This document shows positions 38,046-47,868 of a stretch of DNA of 64,000 bases, piece by piece. The DNA is from an uncultured virus (IMG/VR IMGVR_UViG_3300042908_001353). Taxonomy: Duplodnaviria > Heunggongvirae > Uroviricota > Caudoviricetes. The notes under the pieces were generated by a model. That model had not been told where the DNA came from, searched no databases, and saw only the letters and a program-made list of their open reading frames with translations. The translations under genes and the position numbers were made by a program. The stretch is from the IMG/VR virus record IMGVR_UViG_3300042908_001353. One strand, written 5' to 3'. Numbering within the stretch: the first letter of the stretch is position 1; each line of letters begins with the position of its first letter.

Positions 38046-38528
38046 TTAATTTTTATACAAATATCTTGGTAAAATTCCAATTAAAGTAAAAAATACCACA
38101 TAACCTACTAATTTTTTTGGTTCTGCTTCCATTTTTTTTCCTACATAGTAACCTAACACCGCACCGCCTATTGGCAAACCCCAATTAATTATTATATTTT
38201 TTCCCTTTTTAGGGTTTTTATATGGTTCGGTTTCACTTGATTTTTCTTCGCTATTTTCTGCGTTATCGAAGTTAGCAAATTTTCCAATATAAAGATTCAC
38301 CACTCTTGGTGAAATTAATCCTTTTTTATCTTTTAGTTGTATAAATCGGTAGGGTATTTTTTCCCCATTCATATTTACAACTCTTGTTTTTAATTGCCCT
38401 TGAACTATTGTTCCTTTTAACAATTTTTTGTCGCTTTCTTCTACGACATTATTATCACCCAATTCTAATATCGGTGATGTTTCTTTTAAAATAAAAAACA
38501 AAGTATTATTTATGCCTTCTGATTTCAT
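38046..38528 (-). CDS. Membrane protein with C-terminal TM hairpin
   Basis: Beta-rich N-domain, FANFDN motif, two TMs. Confidence 0.75.
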   Translation of the reverse strand: MKSEGINNTLFFILKETSPILELGDNNVVEESDKKLLKGTIVQGQLKTRVVNMNGEKIPYRFIQLKDKKGLISPRVVNLYIGKFANFDNAENSEEKSSETEPYKNPKKGKNIIINWGLPIGGAVLGYYVGKKMEAEPKKLVGYVVFFTLIGILPRYLYKN

Positions 38529-38531
38529 TTT

Positions 38532-38960
38532 TTATACAATTCTCAAAGCACCTACCAAAACAACACCAACAACTACACCTAATAAAACAGGTGGTAAATA
38601 TGCCAACATTTTATCGGTCTTATCTGTATTTTCATCTCCTGTTAAATTGGAATAACCCATCATTCTCATTCGTGCCATTTGGCAAGATGGACAAACACAT
38701 TCAGCAGGATTATTTAAACCATCGGCATTTGATTTGTTTTCAGCAACACAAAAATAATTTAGAATTAAATCTTTGTGTGGATGCAAATTTGCCAATTCTT
38801 TCAATGCTTCCTCACGATTTTCTTTCGTGAAACGATATAATTTTTGAATTAAATCATCATAATTTCTTGCAGGTCTATAACCATATTTTTTAATAAGGTT
38901 TTTCGCCTGTTGCGTATTATTTAGTGCTATTAATTCTTGTAATGATATTTTTTCTTGCAT
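38532..38960 (-). CDS. C-terminally anchored membrane protein
   Basis: LHPHKDLIL, KSNADG, CVCPSC, YSNLTG, TM. Confidence 0.75.
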   Translation of the reverse strand: MQEKISLQELIALNNTQQAKNLIKKYGYRPARNYDDLIQKLYRFTKENREEALKELANLHPHKDLILNYFCVAENKSNADGLNNPAECVCPSCQMARMRMMGYSNLTGDENTDKTDKMLAYLPPVLLGVVVGVVLVGALRIV

Positions 38961-38976
38961 TGTAATTAATTTTTAG

Positions 38977-39012
38977 AAAAAGAAAAGGCAAACCAACATA
39001 TAGCGGTTTGCC
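38977..39012 (-). terminator. Intrinsic terminator after the capsid candidate
   Basis: GGCAAACC/GGTTTGCC stem with TTTTCTTTTT tail on - strand. Confidence 0.7.
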
Positions 39013-39020
39013 CTTCCTTA

Positions 39021-39041
39021 AAAGCGAATATCAGTATATCT
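39021..39041 (+). repeat. 21-nt exact duplicate of 7640-7660
   Basis: Lies between the capsid stop codon and its terminator. Confidence 0.85.
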
Positions 39042-39796
39042 TATCGCAATCTACGTCTATTTCTTGCTTTTGCAAGAGTAGGTCGTTTAGGGAAAGTCAT
39101 ACCACCAAGATTAACTTGTGGATTTCCGTAAACTTGTACTGCACCTTGACCTGCAAGTCCTTTCGCTGTATTTACTTTTTCAGCAGGGAAGAACGTGTAA
39201 GTAACGGTTGTATTAGCCAAAATAGTAGAAGTGATAGAAGTGTTACCATCAATTTTAACTTGGTAAGGCACATCTAAAATTCCACTTTGTTGCTGATAAG
39301 ATGAGAAGTAACTTTGAGTGATGATTGGCAAAGTAGCACTTTGTCCGTTAGCATCAGTAACGGTTACTGTCAAAATTTGCGTTACCTGTGAAGCATTTGT
39401 TGATTGCACTCGGATAAGTGAAGTTTCAAATGGTTGGGAAGCAGATTGTTGAAGTAACTGCAAGTAAGATACATTCGTTTGAGCAGGAGTTACAGACAAC
39501 CCTACGGAAGAACCGAAGTTAGTTGAAAGTAAAAATTGGTTTTGACCGAACATTACCAATGTTAAATTACCTGCTGTTGTATTAACAACGGTTAATTGGT
39601 AAGGTGCAGGTGATTTAAGCATATCCATTCCACCACCTGTGGCGTTAGAATAAGAATATAAATCATCACCATCTCCTTCGAATAAATCGAAATCATCTCC
39701 GTTAAAATCGTCATAGTCCTCTCCGTAAAAACCCGAAAATCGTTCTTCGGCTTCGTTCAGATACCTGTCAATGTTGAAATTGTTTTTCATCATCAT
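39041..39796 (-). CDS. Candidate major capsid protein (single jelly-roll-like) with acidic propeptide
   Basis: About 160 aa beta-rich T/S/Q/V core, acidic leader ending YSNATG, Arg-rich tail, own terminator, position near the head of the operon. Confidence 0.6.
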   Translation of the reverse strand: MMMKNNFNIDRYLNEAEERFSGFYGEDYDDFNGDDFDLFEGDGDDLYSYSNATGGGMDMLKSPAPYQLTVVNTTAGNLTLVMFGQNQFLLSTNFGSSVGLSVTPAQTNVSYLQLLQQSASQPFETSLIRVQSTNASQVTQILTVTVTDANGQSATLPIITQSYFSSYQQQSGILDVPYQVKIDGNTSITSTILANTTVTYTFFPAEKVNTAKGLAGQGAVQVYGNPQVNLGGMTFPKRPTLAKARNRRRLR

Positions 39797-39829
39797 TTGT
39801 TTTTAAAAAATTAATAAAATAAAATCGGA

Positions 39830-39985
39830 TTAAGATTCTACGTTCACGTTTAATGAAGCACTTGCAGGAGTCGATTTACCTGCCATTTTAGGTGCAACAA
39901 ATTTGTCGTGAACATATAGTCCAACCATAACCACCGCAAGTGTAACACCTGCGTTAATAAGCATCTCTTTTGTGAAAATTCCCAT
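39830..39985 (-). CDS. Small membrane protein, 51 aa (not in ORF track)
   Basis: MGIFTKEMLINAGVTLAVVMVGLYVHDKFVAPKMAGKSTPASASLNVNVES; first gene of the capsid operon. Confidence 0.7.
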   Translation of the reverse strand: MGIFTKEMLINAGVTLAVVMVGLYVHDKFVAPKMAGKSTPASASLNVNVES

Positions 39986-40074
39986 TGTTAAATATTTTTA
40001 TGAACCAAAAATAAATTAATTGATTTGTGTAGGTACTTTTTTTTTATTTTTTATTATTTACAAACGATGTAAAT

Positions 40075-40109
40075 TTTGTTCTGTAAGTCAAATAAAATCA
40101 GTATTTTTG
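40075..40109 (+). promoter_or_regulatory. Bacteroidota-type promoter in the divergent gap
   Basis: TATTTTTG at 40102-40109 with TTTG upstream. Confidence 0.5.
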
Positions 40110-40126
40110 TGTAAATAATAAAATTT

Positions 40127-40822
40127 ATGAAACGAGTATTAGTATCAAGTCCTACCGCAGATATTAAAGATTATTGCTTTAATGAGTGGATTTCCAACGT
40201 AAAACAATTCACATATCCGAATTTTGAAATAATGATTTGTGATAATAGTGAATTAAGAGAATATTACATTGACTTAAAAAATAATTACGAAGATGATAAA
40301 ACACATTTTCACCGAGTTACCCCAAGTCAATACAATTTATCATTTAAGCACATATTAGCAAAAAGCCACGATAGATGTCGTTTGTTTGCGTTAGAAAATG
40401 ATTTTGATTATTTATTGCATTTAGAAACGGATATTTTTCCACCTATTAATGTTATTGAAAGATTAATGGATGCAAGAAAAAAAGTAGTAGGTGCATTGTA
40501 TTTTATTGAAGAAGGAGAAAAAAGTAAATTAATGGTTCAACAAATTGAAGATTGGGGCATTGACCACCGAGAAACATACAACATTGATGAAAACGATATT
40601 TTACTTGTTAGCGGTGGTTTAGAAAAAGTTTTCAGTTGTGGTTTGGGTTGTGTTTTAATTGAAAAATCTGTATTAAAAGATGTAATATTTAGATATGAAG
40701 AAAACGCACCTGTTCACCCCGATAGTTTTTTTTATGCAGATTTAGATTCAAAACAAATACCTGTATATGTTGATACTTCAATAATTTGTGAACATAAAAA
40801 TCAATCAATACGAAGAATATGA
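40127..40822 (+). CDS. GT-A fold glycosyltransferase
   Basis: ICDNS, DYLLHLETDI, SCGLGCVLI, HPDSFF, CEH. Confidence 0.8.
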   Translation: MKRVLVSSPTADIKDYCFNEWISNVKQFTYPNFEIMICDNSELREYYIDLKNNYEDDKTHFHRVTPSQYNLSFKHILAKSHDRCRLFALENDFDYLLHLETDIFPPINVIERLMDARKKVVGALYFIEEGEKSKLMVQQIEDWGIDHRETYNIDENDILLVSGGLEKVFSCGLGCVLIEKSVLKDVIFRYEENAPVHPDSFFYADLDSKQIPVYVDTSIICEHKNQSIRRI

Positions 40823-41442
40823 AAATTAGTGTTATTATGCCTGTTTATCTTGGCGATTATGAAGGTTGTGCAAGTAATAGGGAAGTTAAGTTTGTTCGTG
40901 CCATAAATAGTTTTCTTAAAAATAATTTTGATTCGGAACTAATCATTGTTTCTGATGATTGTTTAATCGCAAAAAAGATAGTAGCCGATACATTTTTTGA
41001 TGAATTAAATTCAAAGAGAATAAAATATATACATACGAAACCAAAATCTAAATTATTTTCGGGAGAATTACGTTCTTGTGGAATTAAAAACGCAACAGGA
41101 AAATATATTTGTTATTTAGATAGTGATGATATTATTGGCGAAAAGCATTTAGAAACTATTTATATGCAAATGGAAAGCCAAAATTTAGATTGGGGTTATT
41201 ACAATGATTTTGTTTATACTTTACAGGGATTTGCACCTAAAATTGTAACCCTGCAACACAATAGCATAGGAACGTCAAGTATTATTCACAAAAAAAATTC
41301 AAAAATTGATTGGAAAAATTGTAATGGATATGGACACGATTGGACTTTTGTGCAAAAATTAATTGCTTGGTCAAAAAATTACGATAAGATTTATGGTGCT
41401 ACTTATTTTATTTGCCACATACCTAATCAAATTGAATATTAA
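40819..41442 (+). CDS. GT2 glycosyltransferase
   Basis: ISVIMPVY, ELIIVSDD, ATGKYICYLDSDD, HDW. Confidence 0.9.
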   Translation: MKISVIMPVYLGDYEGCASNREVKFVRAINSFLKNNFDSELIIVSDDCLIAKKIVADTFFDELNSKRIKYIHTKPKSKLFSGELRSCGIKNATGKYICYLDSDDIIGEKHLETIYMQMESQNLDWGYYNDFVYTLQGFAPKIVTLQHNSIGTSSIIHKKNSKIDWKNCNGYGHDWTFVQKLIAWSKNYDKIYGATYFICHIPNQIEY

Positions 41443-41465
41443 AAAAGGGGGTTAAAATACCCCCT
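41441..41465 (-). terminator. Terminator between convergent genes
   Basis: AGGGGGT/ACCCCCT stem, U tail on - strand. Confidence 0.65.
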
Positions 41466-41499
41466 ATAACTGCAAATTGAGAAACAAGTCAGATACAGA

Positions 41500-41985
41500 T
41501 TATTTTTTACCTTTTCCAAAGGTTTTATTATTAATAATTTCTTGATTCAAATATAGGTAAAATTCAACTCTATCTTGTAAAGTATTTTTTCCTTCAAATT
41601 GTTCAAATTTTTCTATTGCTTGTTGCAATCTTAAATTACTTTTAATTTCTTTGGCTTCATTCATTGTGTTTTCAAATTCATTTTGAACTTCAATAGCCAT
41701 TTCATCTAACCACGATTCGTATTGTAATTTTCTTTCTAAATAAGATTGATAAATTCTTTCTTTTGAATATAAACCACTATGTAATTTAACTAATTCAATT
41801 TTCTCTTTTGCTTTATTAATTTTTGAAACAAAAAAATTGCTCTGTCTTTTTTCGTATTCGGATATTAAAGTTTTTTCAGCATCAATAACATCGGAGTAAA
41901 ATTTGATTTTTTCTTTTGTTTCGGGCAATAGTTTAGCCACTTGTTTAGCCATTTCGACTTTTTCTTTATGCTCGTTGTTTTTCAT
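41500..41985 (-). CDS. Helical hypothetical protein
   Basis: 161 aa, coiled-coil-like. Confidence 0.7.
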   Translation of the reverse strand: MKNNEHKEKVEMAKQVAKLLPETKEKIKFYSDVIDAEKTLISEYEKRQSNFFVSKINKAKEKIELVKLHSGLYSKERIYQSYLERKLQYESWLDEMAIEVQNEFENTMNEAKEIKSNLRLQQAIEKFEQFEGKNTLQDRVEFYLYLNQEIINNKTFGKGKK

Positions 41986-42001
41986 AAAATATAATTAAGG
42001 A

Positions 42002-42592
42002 TTAATAAAACGCATTTCTATTATTATTCGGCTTTGTTTGAGATAAAGCATCGTTGTAAAGATAATAATATAATTTTTCTTGTATATGATATTCACTTTG
42101 AATTAGGGTGTTTATTCTTTCAGCATAATCCGAATCTTCACCATAATTTTTATCGGTAAATAAACATTGTAAAGCAATTTCTCTTTTAATAGGACATAAA
42201 TGATTTGGTAAGCGGTAAATACTCATACCATCGGTGTAATTTCTTTTGTGCATCCTGCTTATTGTAAAAAATTGTGTAGTGTGTTCAATATATTCACCAC
42301 AAAATGTAATTACATCGGCATTACTTTGAATTGCTCGAATGATTTCAAATAAATATGTATCGGAAATTTGGTCATCGTCATCAATAAAGCAGACGTATCT
42401 ACCTGTACTTAATTCTAATAACTTATTTCTTTTTGCCCCAACGCTATATTCTTTTGTATCGCATAAGGTTAGGATTTGCACCCTATCAATTAATCCAAAA
42501 TCAATTATTTGTTTATTCAATCTTTGAATTAACATTGAAAGTGTTTCAATTCTTGCAGGAAGGGTAGGAATAAGTATTGATAAATCTTTCAT
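42002..42592 (-). CDS. GT2 glycosyltransferase
   Basis: LSILIPTL, GAKRNKL, GRYVCFIDDDD, GEDSDY. Confidence 0.88.
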   Translation of the reverse strand: MKDLSILIPTLPARIETLSMLIQRLNKQIIDFGLIDRVQILTLCDTKEYSVGAKRNKLLELSTGRYVCFIDDDDQISDTYLFEIIRAIQSNADVITFCGEYIEHTTQFFTISRMHKRNYTDGMSIYRLPNHLCPIKREIALQCLFTDKNYGEDSDYAERINTLIQSEYHIQEKLYYYLYNDALSQTKPNNNRNAFY

Positions 42593-43194
42593 TTTTTGTG
42601 TTTGAAAATAAGTAAATTATTGAGAATATAATTTGGACAACCTACGTTCAAATTTTCCCAATTATTTTTCACGAAATTGGTTAAATCGAAATCAACAATA
42701 AAATTATGTTTTTCAAATTCTTTTATCCAATCTTCTTTTTCCCTGCAATTAATATGACCGCAACCATCTTGGTCGGGAGTAGCACCTGTAAATAAAATTT
42801 TACCATTTTCTAAATCACACGCATCAACTAAATTTTGAATAAACGTATCTGTGCCACTTGGTTCAATGTGTTCTATTGTTTCAAACGTCAAAACACAATC
42901 ATATTTTTGTTCCATACTAATTGGTATGGTACAATCTAAATAATAAATATTTTCGTGTAAAAAACTTGGTGTATATTTTTTTGCATATTCGCCACCTATA
43001 TCAAAACCAACAAAATTTTCTACGTTTTTATTGTAACAAGATTCAAGGTAAGAACCTATTCCACAACCAAAGTCAGCAACCGATTTAGGATTAAATGTAT
43101 CTATGTACCAATCCATTGTTTTAATTGAATATTCTCTTGCATAAGTTAAATGCCATTCAAAAAATTCATCGTTGTATAAAGTTATATCAAACAT
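42589..43194 (-). CDS. Class I SAM methyltransferase
   Basis: VADFGCGIG, YDCVLTFETIEHI, GHINC. Confidence 0.88.
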   Translation of the reverse strand: MFDITLYNDEFFEWHLTYAREYSIKTMDWYIDTFNPKSVADFGCGIGSYLESCYNKNVENFVGFDIGGEYAKKYTPSFLHENIYYLDCTIPISMEQKYDCVLTFETIEHIEPSGTDTFIQNLVDACDLENGKILFTGATPDQDGCGHINCREKEDWIKEFEKHNFIVDFDLTNFVKNNWENLNVGCPNYILNNLLIFKHKK

Positions 43195-43206
43195 ATTTTT
43201 AATTTT

Positions 43207-43755
43207 TTAAGTCAAAATCCAAGATGTTCTTGAAACACTTAATTTTAGATTTTTTTCATCTAAAAATTCGTTTACCGCAAGTGGAACTCCACAATCTTCT
43301 GTATAATCGTGTCCTGCAAAAATTCCACCTGTTTTCAATTTAGGATAATAATTTATTAGGTCATTTTTAATACCAATGTAATCGTGGTCGCCATCTATAT
43401 AAATCATATCGAAAAAATTGTTTTCAAATTCACAATGTAAATCACAACTTCTACCTTGATGTATTTTCAAAATATCTTTATACTCTGTTAAATTATTTTT
43501 AAAAATATCAAGCATACTTCTACCTTGTAAAATTTCCAAATAAAGTGGGTAATCAGTTGCAAAAACATCTATTACAAAAACATTTATATTTTTTCCACTA
43601 TCTTTAATTTTGCGACATAAAAATTCAGTTGATTTTCCAAAAAAACAACCAATTTCTAAAAAGTTAGCACCATATTTTGCATTATTTATTGCATCAAGAT
43701 AAATATTATCGAAATTAAACCAACCAAAAATTTCTTTATCTTTTTTCATCGCCAT
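43207..43755 (-). CDS. Methyltransf_24-type SAM methyltransferase
   Basis: LEIGCFFGKST, FDMIYIDGDHDY, GGIFAGHDY. Confidence 0.88.
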   Translation of the reverse strand: MAMKKDKEIFGWFNFDNIYLDAINNAKYGANFLEIGCFFGKSTEFLCRKIKDSGKNINVFVIDVFATDYPLYLEILQGRSMLDIFKNNLTEYKDILKIHQGRSCDLHCEFENNFFDMIYIDGDHDYIGIKNDLINYYPKLKTGGIFAGHDYTEDCGVPLAVNEFLDEKNLKLSVSRTSWILT

Positions 43756-44353
43756 TAGGATTAGTCCACTCCGAATTGCTTTCGGTACTTGCTTCGGTAA
43801 TTAAAGGGTCAAAATTGTATTTGTAAACTATTTTATCAATAAATGATTCTTCTTTTGCTTCATCAATAAATTGCTTTAACCAACCCCAATCTTCTGCATA
43901 ATTAACGTAAGGAAAATGGTATTTTTTATATTTTTTATTCCAAGCGTTTATGTGAAATGGTGGTCTATTACAATCTATGTAATTTCCTTGTCCATCGTTT
44001 TTATGTTCAATTTCGCTACCTAAATGGTGAGTAACAATAAATTTTGAGCCGTTTGAATTTCTACATTCACTTTTCGAGGTGATAACATCAACATCTAAAA
44101 ATGTTCTTTCATACACTTCATCTAAATTTAATAAATCATCATCGTCATCTAAAAACATAAAATATCTACCATTTGATATTTGTACCAAATTATCCCTTTT
44201 TTCACCAATGGTTTTGGTTTTATTATCAATAAGGCAAATTATTTCGATTTTTTTATTCCCTATTATTTTTTCTAATTTTTGAATAAGTTTTTGTGCTTTA
44301 TCAAAACGAGAAGGTATGCAAGGAATTAAAATACTCAAATGAATTTCGTTCAT
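43736..44353 (-). CDS. GT2 glycosyltransferase, paralog of 42002
   Basis: LSILIPCI, IGEKRDNL, YFMFLDDDD, AEDW. Confidence 0.85.
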   Translation of the reverse strand: MNEIHLSILIPCIPSRFDKAQKLIQKLEKIIGNKKIEIICLIDNKTKTIGEKRDNLVQISNGRYFMFLDDDDDLLNLDEVYERTFLDVDVITSKSECRNSNGSKFIVTHHLGSEIEHKNDGQGNYIDCNRPPFHINAWNKKYKKYHFPYVNYAEDWGWLKQFIDEAKEESFIDKIVYKYNFDPLITEASTESNSEWTNPNGDEKR

Positions 44354-45033
44354 CTTTTTTTTTTGAAAAAGTATGTTGGTGTTGAATTTTCGATAGTATG
44401 TATTTCGGGATTTATTCCTTTTTCTTCAAAAAATTCATAACAAGCCGTTCTTACACCATCTAATGCCCAATCATCAATAATTACTACGCCACCATCCGAT
44501 AATTTATCCCACCAAATATCTAAACAATATTTTGTAGGGTGGTAAACATCCATATCCAAGCGAAGAATTGAAATTTTATTAATTCGGTCATTTACTAATG
44601 GAATTGAATTTTGTACCCAACCTGCCACAAGTTCAATATTATATTTATTTAATCCCCAAGTATTCAAATTATTCATTACTTGTTCTTGCGAATGTGAAGT
44701 AATTCCACTTGATACTAATAAATCTTCGTAAGGTACATCAGTATTGTGTGTAATATCTCCAATACCTGCTTGTTGAGTATCTTTTTTACCTGCTAATTGT
44801 ATTCCTTCAAAACTATCAAAACCCCAAAATTTACGATTAGTTCCTTTTTCCAATGATACTGCACCTACAATCATTGAAGCAAAATTACCCCCCATAGCAA
44901 CTCCACATTCAATAATATCTCCTTCAATGTCGTGTTCTACCACATATTTACCTAATTCGTAACTGCTAATTTGAGTTTCTTTTGTCGAATAAAGTGCTTG
45001 ACTTATTGCATCTAATAATTGTGAATTATTCAT
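44350..45033 (-). CDS. TylF/MycF-family O-methyltransferase
   Basis: GDIIECGVAMG, GFDSFEG, ILRLDMDVY, GGVVIIDDW. Confidence 0.9.
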   Translation of the reverse strand: MNNSQLLDAISQALYSTKETQISSYELGKYVVEHDIEGDIIECGVAMGGNFASMIVGAVSLEKGTNRKFWGFDSFEGIQLAGKKDTQQAGIGDITHNTDVPYEDLLVSSGITSHSQEQVMNNLNTWGLNKYNIELVAGWVQNSIPLVNDRINKISILRLDMDVYHPTKYCLDIWWDKLSDGGVVIIDDWALDGVRTACYEFFEEKGINPEIHTIENSTPTYFFKKKR

Positions 45034-45048
45034 ATTTTAATTTATTTT

Positions 45049-45726
45049 TTATATTATTCCTTGACAACAAAAAATTGTTTCATTTTTTATTTCTGTATTT
45101 TGAAAAACATATTGCATAAATAATGGATTAGTTCGTTCTAATTCGTATTTGTGTGCAATTATTGAAGCGGTTGTTTGGTCGTGTCTATGACCGAAACATC
45201 TTTCATCGTTTGAACATTGTTTTTGATTATTATTCCAATCACCTATAAATGTTTTTTCTTCTTTCGCTTTTTCAAACCATTCGTTGAAAAATTTTACTGA
45301 CTTTTCATTTTGCATATTTAGTCCTGTAAAACCTGCGGAGTGTAACGGAATATTCATCGCTTCATCTCTTGAAATTCCAAAATCTTCAAGACAAATATCG
45401 GTACTCCATTGTCCTGCACTAAAACCACAATATTCCATTAAATGACCTTTATTAATAATGTGGTAAATAATAGGCATAACATCGGTAATTGCATATAACG
45501 AAGCATCACAATAAAGAACTATATCGTAACCTAAATCTATTGCTTTTTTTATTGCGTAAACTTTGAATTGATAAGGTACTTCTTTATGACTTTTGCTACC
45601 AACTTCATCAAAATTATTGTAAAGTAAAATATCGCCTTGATATTTATTTTCTATCAAAGATTCTACTAATCTATCTTGACCTTTTTTGAAATGATTATCG
45701 GAAAAATTAACTATACAATGTTTCAT
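45049..45726 (-). CDS. GT-A fold glycosyltransferase-like protein
   Basis: FKVYAI, VLYCDAS, HRHDQT. Confidence 0.7.
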   Translation of the reverse strand: MKHCIVNFSDNHFKKGQDRLVESLIENKYQGDILLYNNFDEVGSKSHKEVPYQFKVYAIKKAIDLGYDIVLYCDASLYAITDVMPIIYHIINKGHLMEYCGFSAGQWSTDICLEDFGISRDEAMNIPLHSAGFTGLNMQNEKSVKFFNEWFEKAKEEKTFIGDWNNNQKQCSNDERCFGHRHDQTTASIIAHKYELERTNPLFMQYVFQNTEIKNETIFCCQGII

Positions 45727-46358
45727 CTTGCAAATATTAAGTTTTCTGCATTTTGATTAACCAAGTGCATACTGAACTTGCTAACAAAATCAACGTATTT
45801 ATTCATTTCAAGTCCATTAAACTCAATACAAAGAACTTTACAACCTAAATCATCTAAATTCATTTGCGATAAAATTTCGTAATCCATTCCTTCAATATCT
45901 ATGGAAATAACATCGAAATTTAATTTGTTTGGAAAATAATTATTCAAAAATGTTGCCCAAGTAAAACAAGGCACTTGATATTCTTCATATTTAATCCCTG
46001 CATTTCTCCATTTCGTTGTTTCATTCGGAATTAAAGTAGAAACAAGTCCTTTGTCGTGTTCATTTAATAAATTTGAACTTTCGTAAAAATTCATTGTACC
46101 ATCTTGATAAGATAAAGCACAATTATATTTATTTACGTTGGCAAATGATTTAGTGTTTGATTCTAATAATTGAAAAGGTGTTTTTCCTGCTTCAATTAAA
46201 TATGCAGTCCAACCACGTTCATAAAAGTATCTTGAATTACTTAAAGTTATTCCATCGTTAGCACCAATATCTAAAATATTTCCAACGAAATCGTTTCCAT
46301 ATTTGGAATAAATTAATTCGCTAATTGTTTTATCTTCTAAATTTTGTCCGTAGTACAT
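45723..46358 (-). CDS. FkbM-family methyltransferase
   Basis: YGQNLED, LDIGANDGITLSNS, ISIDIEGMD, LCIE. Confidence 0.9.
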   Translation of the reverse strand: MYYGQNLEDKTISELIYSKYGNDFVGNILDIGANDGITLSNSRYFYERGWTAYLIEAGKTPFQLLESNTKSFANVNKYNCALSYQDGTMNFYESSNLLNEHDKGLVSTLIPNETTKWRNAGIKYEEYQVPCFTWATFLNNYFPNKLNFDVISIDIEGMDYEILSQMNLDDLGCKVLCIEFNGLEMNKYVDFVSKFSMHLVNQNAENLIFAR

Positions 46359-47053
46359 TATTGAAAATTATTTTGTAATCTTTTTTCATAGTTTTGCCTG
46401 TCTATCTCCGAATAACTTTCTGTTTTCATTAATAGGGGGTCAATAAATCCACCGATATTAGCAGGGTGATTATGCCGAAATATTTTATCGTCAAAATATA
46501 ATATTTTGTTTTGTTTTTGTGCAACCAAAGTATATTCATTGTCGCACCAAAGCGAATAATAACTTGGGTGATAAATGTAATTGTATTTGTCGTAATATTT
46601 TCTTCCGATAATACTCATTGTACTTAATCTATCAGCAGTAAATCCATCGTCAAAATAAATGTTGCCATCCAAATCGGGAAAACTAAACCTAAATTTTTGT
46701 CTAATTACTTCATCAAATGAATGTTTAATAAATTGCATATCATCCGAAAAATTAACTAAAATATCAAAATCAAATCGTTCCTTAAATTCATTAATATCAC
46801 GATTAATAGCATCAATTTTACTTTTTGATAATCCGAATTTTATTACAATTTTATTGGGATATTTTTTAACGTATTCAGTAAGTCGTTGAATTGTATTTGG
46901 ATTATTCATTGTTTCATCATCACTATCTAATGAAACTAAAATGCAGAAATTATTCAAATCCGCAACATTGTTTAAAATATTATCTAAACCTTCAAAAAAT
47001 TTACCTGCTCTTGAACGTGAAGCATACTTAAAAAGTATTTTGTAGTTACTCAT
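46358..47053 (-). CDS. GT-A fold glycosyltransferase
   Basis: SRSR, SKIDAIN, NFSDDM, WCDNEYT, HNHP. Confidence 0.75.
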   Translation of the reverse strand: MSNYKILFKYASRSRAGKFFEGLDNILNNVADLNNFCILVSLDSDDETMNNPNTIQRLTEYVKKYPNKIVIKFGLSKSKIDAINRDINEFKERFDFDILVNFSDDMQFIKHSFDEVIRQKFRFSFPDLDGNIYFDDGFTADRLSTMSIIGRKYYDKYNYIYHPSYYSLWCDNEYTLVAQKQNKILYFDDKIFRHNHPANIGGFIDPLLMKTESYSEIDRQNYEKRLQNNFQ

Positions 47054-47865
47054 ATCCCTTTGTAATATTTTTGGTGTAAATCATTAATTAATTGTTTTTT
47101 TGCCCTTTGTCTTGCATCAGCACCGCTACCATAACTTTTGGAATAATCATTTAATAATTTTGGGTTTTTAAGCAAGAAATCATCACACGCTTGTTGAAAA
47201 TCAATTTTCGTAAAATTACCTGTAATGTAGTTTTCATCACAAGCAACGTAGCAGAAAAATCTTTTATCTCCTTTCCGCAAATACTTAAATTCTACTAAAC
47301 ATTGTGCAATCTTAAATAATTCAAAATTTGGTAATCTTTGAGCATATCGTTTAACATCGTCTATTTGGTAATGAAACCTAACAAACGTGGTATTTTGCCA
47401 CATTCGGGGGTCAAGTGCCGATAAGGACTGAAAATGGCAAATAATATCTAAATCTCTGTGTCGGTTGGTTGCTAACAAACCAATAATTTCAACCGTTTTT
47501 GCTTGAATTAAATATCTATTAATATCTTCTAAAATTAATAAACCACCCCTATAATTTGTAATAATTGTATTTAAAATATCAATCATCTGTTCAAGCGTGG
47601 CTATTTTACCTTCGGCAGTCATAGGCAAAACTCTACGAACTTCTATTTTTGGACTACGGGTGAAATTAGCAACATCTTTTACTGAAATTGCTTTATACTC
47701 CGTGTACTCCATATTAATATCGTAAATAAGAACTTTTCGTGCTTTTTTACCTGTGCTTTTATTCGGCTTAATATATGAATTAATTAATTGCATAGTAGTG
47801 TAGGTTTTACCTACACCCTTTTTGCCTGTGGCACACATTAATATTGGTTCTCTGCGTGAAATCAT
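47050..47865 (-). CDS. FtsK/HerA-superfamily (A32/P9-like) genome-packaging ATPase candidate
   Basis: Walker A GKKGVGKT, Walker B LLILED, Arg finger NRH followed by hydrophobic strand and Q (IICHFQ). Confidence 0.75.
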   Translation of the reverse strand: MISRREPILMCATGKKGVGKTYTTMQLINSYIKPNKSTGKKARKVLIYDINMEYTEYKAISVKDVANFTRSPKIEVRRVLPMTAEGKIATLEQMIDILNTIITNYRGGLLILEDINRYLIQAKTVEIIGLLATNRHRDLDIICHFQSLSALDPRMWQNTTFVRFHYQIDDVKRYAQRLPNFELFKIAQCLVEFKYLRKGDKRFFCYVACDENYITGNFTKIDFQQACDDFLLKNPKLLNDYSKSYGSGADARQRAKKQLINDLHQKYYKGI

Positions 47866-47868
47866 TTT

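Noticed and set aside
40127..47053. Bacterial chromosomal LPS/capsule locus
   Set aside because: No transport, polymerase or nucleotide-sugar genes; embedded in phage operons with overlapping starts and stops
47050..47865. Terminase large subunit
   Set aside because: Only 271 aa, no nuclease domain; the RH and Q motifs fit the FtsK/A32 clade
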